From Macrostomum lignano (lineage: Eukaryota): a stretch of 64,000 nucleotides of DNA. The DNA is taken from contig NIVC01000006.1 of the NCBI GenBank assembly GCA_002269645.1, positions 806,001 to 870,000 on the forward strand, read 5' to 3'. The translations under genes were made by a program, and so were the position numbers. The notes below the pieces were generated by a model. It saw only the letters and a program-made list of their open reading frames with translations. It was not told the DNA's origin and did not search any database. Shown here piece by piece: positions 60,420 through 64,000 of this stretch (positions are counted from its first letter, which is position 1; each line of letters begins with the position of its first letter).

Positions 60420-62425
60420 TTAGGTTGTTGGAACTAGCCAAACATCTTCGTACTCGTTGGTATCGGCGTATGTGTACAGGTCCGCGTCATTCTGAGGCGT
60501 CTGCTGCGAAGCTGCTTGAGTTGAGTTGCTTGTAGAGTTTATGTAGACTGTGTTTACTTCCGTTGATGTCGTCGGACTCAAGCTTGGAGCTTTGATGGCG
60601 CCTGAACTTTTAGCTGCTGGTAGCCGTTTCTAAAAGTGATGCGGTGCGTTTGTTATACTGCACTTAGGTTTGTTATATTCAATAGTATACGTAGGTTTGT
60701 TATAGTACATCTAGGTTTGTTATAGTACATCTAGGTTTGTTATAGTACATGTAGGTTTGTTATAGTACATCAAGGTTTTTTATAGTACATGTATGTTTGT
60801 TATAGTACATGCAGTTTGTTATAGTACACGTAGGTTTGTTATAGTACAAGTTAGCTTTGTTATAGTACATGCAGGTTTGTTATAGTACGTGCAGGTTTGT
60901 TATAGTACATGTCGATTTGTTATGGTACATGTTGGTTTGTTATAGTACATCCAGGTTTGTTATACATGTAGTACATGTACTCGTAGGTTTGTTATAGTAC
61001 ATTTAGGTTTGTTATAGTACATGTAGATTTGTTATGGTACATGTTGGTTTGTTATAATGCATCCAGGTTTGTTATAGTACATGTAGGTTTGTTATAGTAC
61101 ATGTAGGTTTGCTATAGTACATGTAGATTTGTTATAGTACTGTAGGTTTGTTATAGTAATGTAAGTTTGTTATAGTACATGTAGGTTTGTTATAGTACAT
61201 GCAGGTTTGTTATAGTACATGTAGATTTGTTATAGTACACGTAGGCTTGTTATAGTATATTTAGTTGATTTAGGAGTTGAAGATTCAATAAACATTCAAA
61301 CAAATTGACAGCTACGGTATGGACAGAAGGTATCAATGCTACGAGCTTCCAGTTTGATTCCAGTCTGCACTATTATTTTCCAAAAAAATTCTGTTTTTGC
61401 TTCCTATGGAGCGCTTACCGGCTTGTAAAATAAAATGACCAACATCAGAGCAAAGAGCATCAGTGAGGAAACCAGCACAGCTATGCAGAGTACAGTTTTC
61501 ACTCCGGTGTACATGTCGGTATGCTGGCTAGCGCTGGAAGAAGAGTCAGTCTGAGCAGTGGCTGCAAGTGCGCGTTAGCAAATTTGTGCATTTCAAAATT
61601 CCCAATATTATTCGGGTGGAATTTAAACAAAAGGCACTCACTCCTGCCTTGCGAAGCGGTGTCGATGGAATCTTGAAAAAGAAAAAAACATTAAAAAGTT
61701 TCAAGTAGCATTCGCGATGCAAAGAGCTTCTGAGGTACGAAATTGTCATCGAACTGCTTGGAGGCCTGATATAATCCATGAGTACATGTATGAGATAAAC
61801 TATCAATAGTTTTTTCTTATTCTATATTAATTGATTATACCCTAATGGCCAGATGTGCAACCGACAGCTCAGCCGCAGCTATTGCGCGGCGCATCTGAAG
61901 GCTGCGTACGGCTGTTCAGTCCAAGGACTGGGGGGTCGCCACACAGCCTCAATTACCCCAGCTAATGCTGGCACCCATTTTACAGCTGGGTGAACTGAAG
62001 CAATGCAGAGTTAAGCGTCTTGCTCAATGGCAAAAATTGTTCCAGGTAAGATCGGGAATCGAACCCCCGACCTTCAAGTCGTGAGTCCGACGCTCTGACC
62101 ACTAGGCTATGGTCAGGAAATAGGCGATACTGAACAGTCTCAATAAAGGGTAAAGGCAGTATGCTATAGAAAAAATATTACCTTTTCCTATTGCTTACGA
62201 ATACGTACGAGATGAAATGATGAGTAAGACCGATATTGAAAGCACCGAAATGCTCATAGTTTCAGTATTTAGTGCTTGTAGCTTATAGTCCTAAAACTTC
62301 AAAACTCTTCTGACACACTGCAGGCTTTGGTTTAAAAGCTACCTGCTGCAAGACCTGCACGCACAGGTATAACATTGTTGCCTGTCACAGATGCACGCGA
62401 AGTTTGAACTTCTGTTTTTGCTGTG
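60420..62425 (-). CDS. 3' exons of a single-pass type I membrane protein (Ser/Thr stalk, TM helix, Tyr-motif tail); 5' end not resolved
   Basis: Minus-strand exons 62425-62343, 61671-61642, 61561-61419, 60629-60420 with GT-AG ends and matching phases: ..TAKTEVQTSRASV..AGLAA|DSIDTASQGR|TTAQTD..TVLCIAVLVSSLMLFALMLVILFYKP|KRLP..VYINS..DLYTYADTNEYEDVWLVPTT*. The last intron holds a minisatellite, like other introns here. Confidence 0.7.
60645..61262. repeat. 20-bp minisatellite in the last intron of the minus-strand receptor gene
   Basis: TTGTTATAGTACATGTAGGT units. Confidence 0.95.
61831..62109 (-). mobile_element. SINE family A, near full length
   Basis: Reverse complement matches 49684-49992. 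Confidence 0.92.
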
Positions 62426-62705
62426 CTATGAAAATATTTCATATCAGTTACTTGCACTCGATGCTGCTGCATGGTCTGATAAAGTAAACTTTCTACACGA
62501 ATGTGCAAGTAGGCGTAGCTTTACGAACTACGCTGCATCCGCAGCTTCCATGTGATGAGGACGCACTTTTTTTCCAAATTTCACGCTCGCACATGGGTTC
62601 CAAACTTGCTAGCCTACTAACAGCAGGCTATGGGCGTTTTTCTCCCTCTTTTGTAATTTTTCTAGAATTCATACTAGTGGGACTTCTGTAGCTATATTAA
62701 TCTGC

Positions 62706-64000
62706 CATACTTGTAGTTATAATAACATAGGCGCGGTTTTTTGCTGCTTTTGGGTCATAAATCATTGCGTCTGAGCTGGTCTGACAGTCACCTGTGCCTC
62801 ACTCAGTGTTGAGGCGGGCGCCAGATGGTCTGAGAGGATGCGGGCGGTAGCTTTTTTCTCATCATTTTGACAGGCCATCAAGATTTATGAGGTCAGAGCC
62901 TATTGTTCGGGTTCACTCAAGCGTTTGACAGCTTTGACAGCTATGCGTTTTACCCCTAAAAGTACCTTGGGATTAGCGATTAGCGATTTCTCTTCATTAC
63001 CTTCACTTTCTACTTAATAAGAGCTTTCTAATGTATATTTTTTAATTAATTTTTGTCAATCCTACGCGAGAAGTCATAAATCATTTTGTTGCGATTTTGA
63101 TTGATTTATGGCCGCACCTGTCATTATTTTACGACCCCGAGGGAATTGATAGGATCTCCCGGTCACGTGACTTTGGGTTGCAACAAGCTCAGCCAATCAG
63201 AATCGACGTGTTCCATTATATAACAAACTGCGGTCCAGTTGGCGGCTATTTAAACCGGTGTTTTTGGCCCGCTCGGACTAACCCTTTATGGAGACCGGCC
63301 AGGAACTTGCTCTCTCCCTGGCCCGACCGTCGTTTCTTGATCCCCGGATTGCGACTCCTCCCATCATCATCAAGGACGAATCCCCCCGGTCATCAGCAGT
63401 AAACATCAAAGTGAAGAGCATCACCTGCTAGCTATCAGCGAAGATTGTGACAGCATCATCCCGAGTCTACAGCTGCGAAGCACTAAGCCGATTCGGTCAC
63501 TGTGGATTACCTGGTCTCCGGCTGTTGAGTTTCTGATTGGTTGGGTGAGAGGTTACCTAGACTTGCTTGATTGGGTGATTCCCTATCTGTCCCCTGTTTC
63601 AGTAGCTGAATTAGGCGCACACTTTTGCTCATTTTGTTCAGTAGTGCTGTTGCTGAGGCAGAAGTCATTCAATAATACTGCTAGTAGTCTGAAGCTCCAA
63701 TTCAATCTGAAGTGTGAAGTGATCTAAGGAGAAGGTTAAATCTGACAGTTATTTTTATCGGTTTTATTTCTTTGTTCGCCGATGGCTCAGATGAGTGGCT
63801 AAGCTAGTAGGCGCCGGTCACAGTGGACCAGTGGCAAGGCAGTTCTCAGTTGATCAATCTATCGAATCAGTTAGCGAAACTGCCAGTAGTGCAGAATCGG
63901 CGCCAAAGATGTACTTTGTGCACTCTAGGTTAGCCAAGCGGCTCGGGTAATGAATCATGCGGTCTCTGAAGTTCGAGTTAGCCTATCATCAGCGCTATGA
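62706..64000 (+). repeat. Unclassified interspersed repeat, runs off the window end
   Basis: Matches the reverse complement of 12759-14112. Confidence 0.9.

Overview
Eukaryotic (invertebrate animal) genomic DNA with spliceosomal GT-AG introns. The intron-filling minisatellites and tRNA-SINEs resemble a flatworm such as Macrostomum (inference only). Genes reconstructed by hand with consistent splice phases: (1) a 17-exon GH31 alpha-glucosidase with signal peptide, trefoil domain and an unusual C-terminal hydrophobic anchor (686-11836,+); (2) a CTTNBP2-like gene with a degenerate NAV-type AAA domain and a coding 21-bp heptad minisatellite (20811-34745,+); (3) an intronless PDCD10/CCM3 CDS (36857-37570,+); (4) a 14-exon ARMH3/C10orf76 (38757-47443,+); (5) a head-to-head pair of secreted PAN-like+fibrinogen-domain genes (50481-52579,-; 53969-54959,+); (6) two decayed Kre2/GT15 mannosyltransferase-like copies in mirror orientation; (7) the 3' exons of a single-pass receptor with cytoplasmic Tyr motifs (60420-62425,-), absent from the ORF track. 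Mobile DNA: two tRNA-SINE families (one CORE-like), hAT non-autonomous elements with perfect 8-bp TSDs, a 1.1-kb TRIM-like LTR element, an RTE-like LINE relic, a palindromic MITE and a >1.3-kb repeat present twice in inverted orientation. About 25 tandem arrays explain most spurious ORFs. Best leads: the adjacent STRIPAK genes (CTTNBP2-like + CCM3) plus ARMH3 as a candidate operon, the conversion-homogenised but ligand-site-diverged fibrinogen-domain pair, and the fungal-type GT15 relics.
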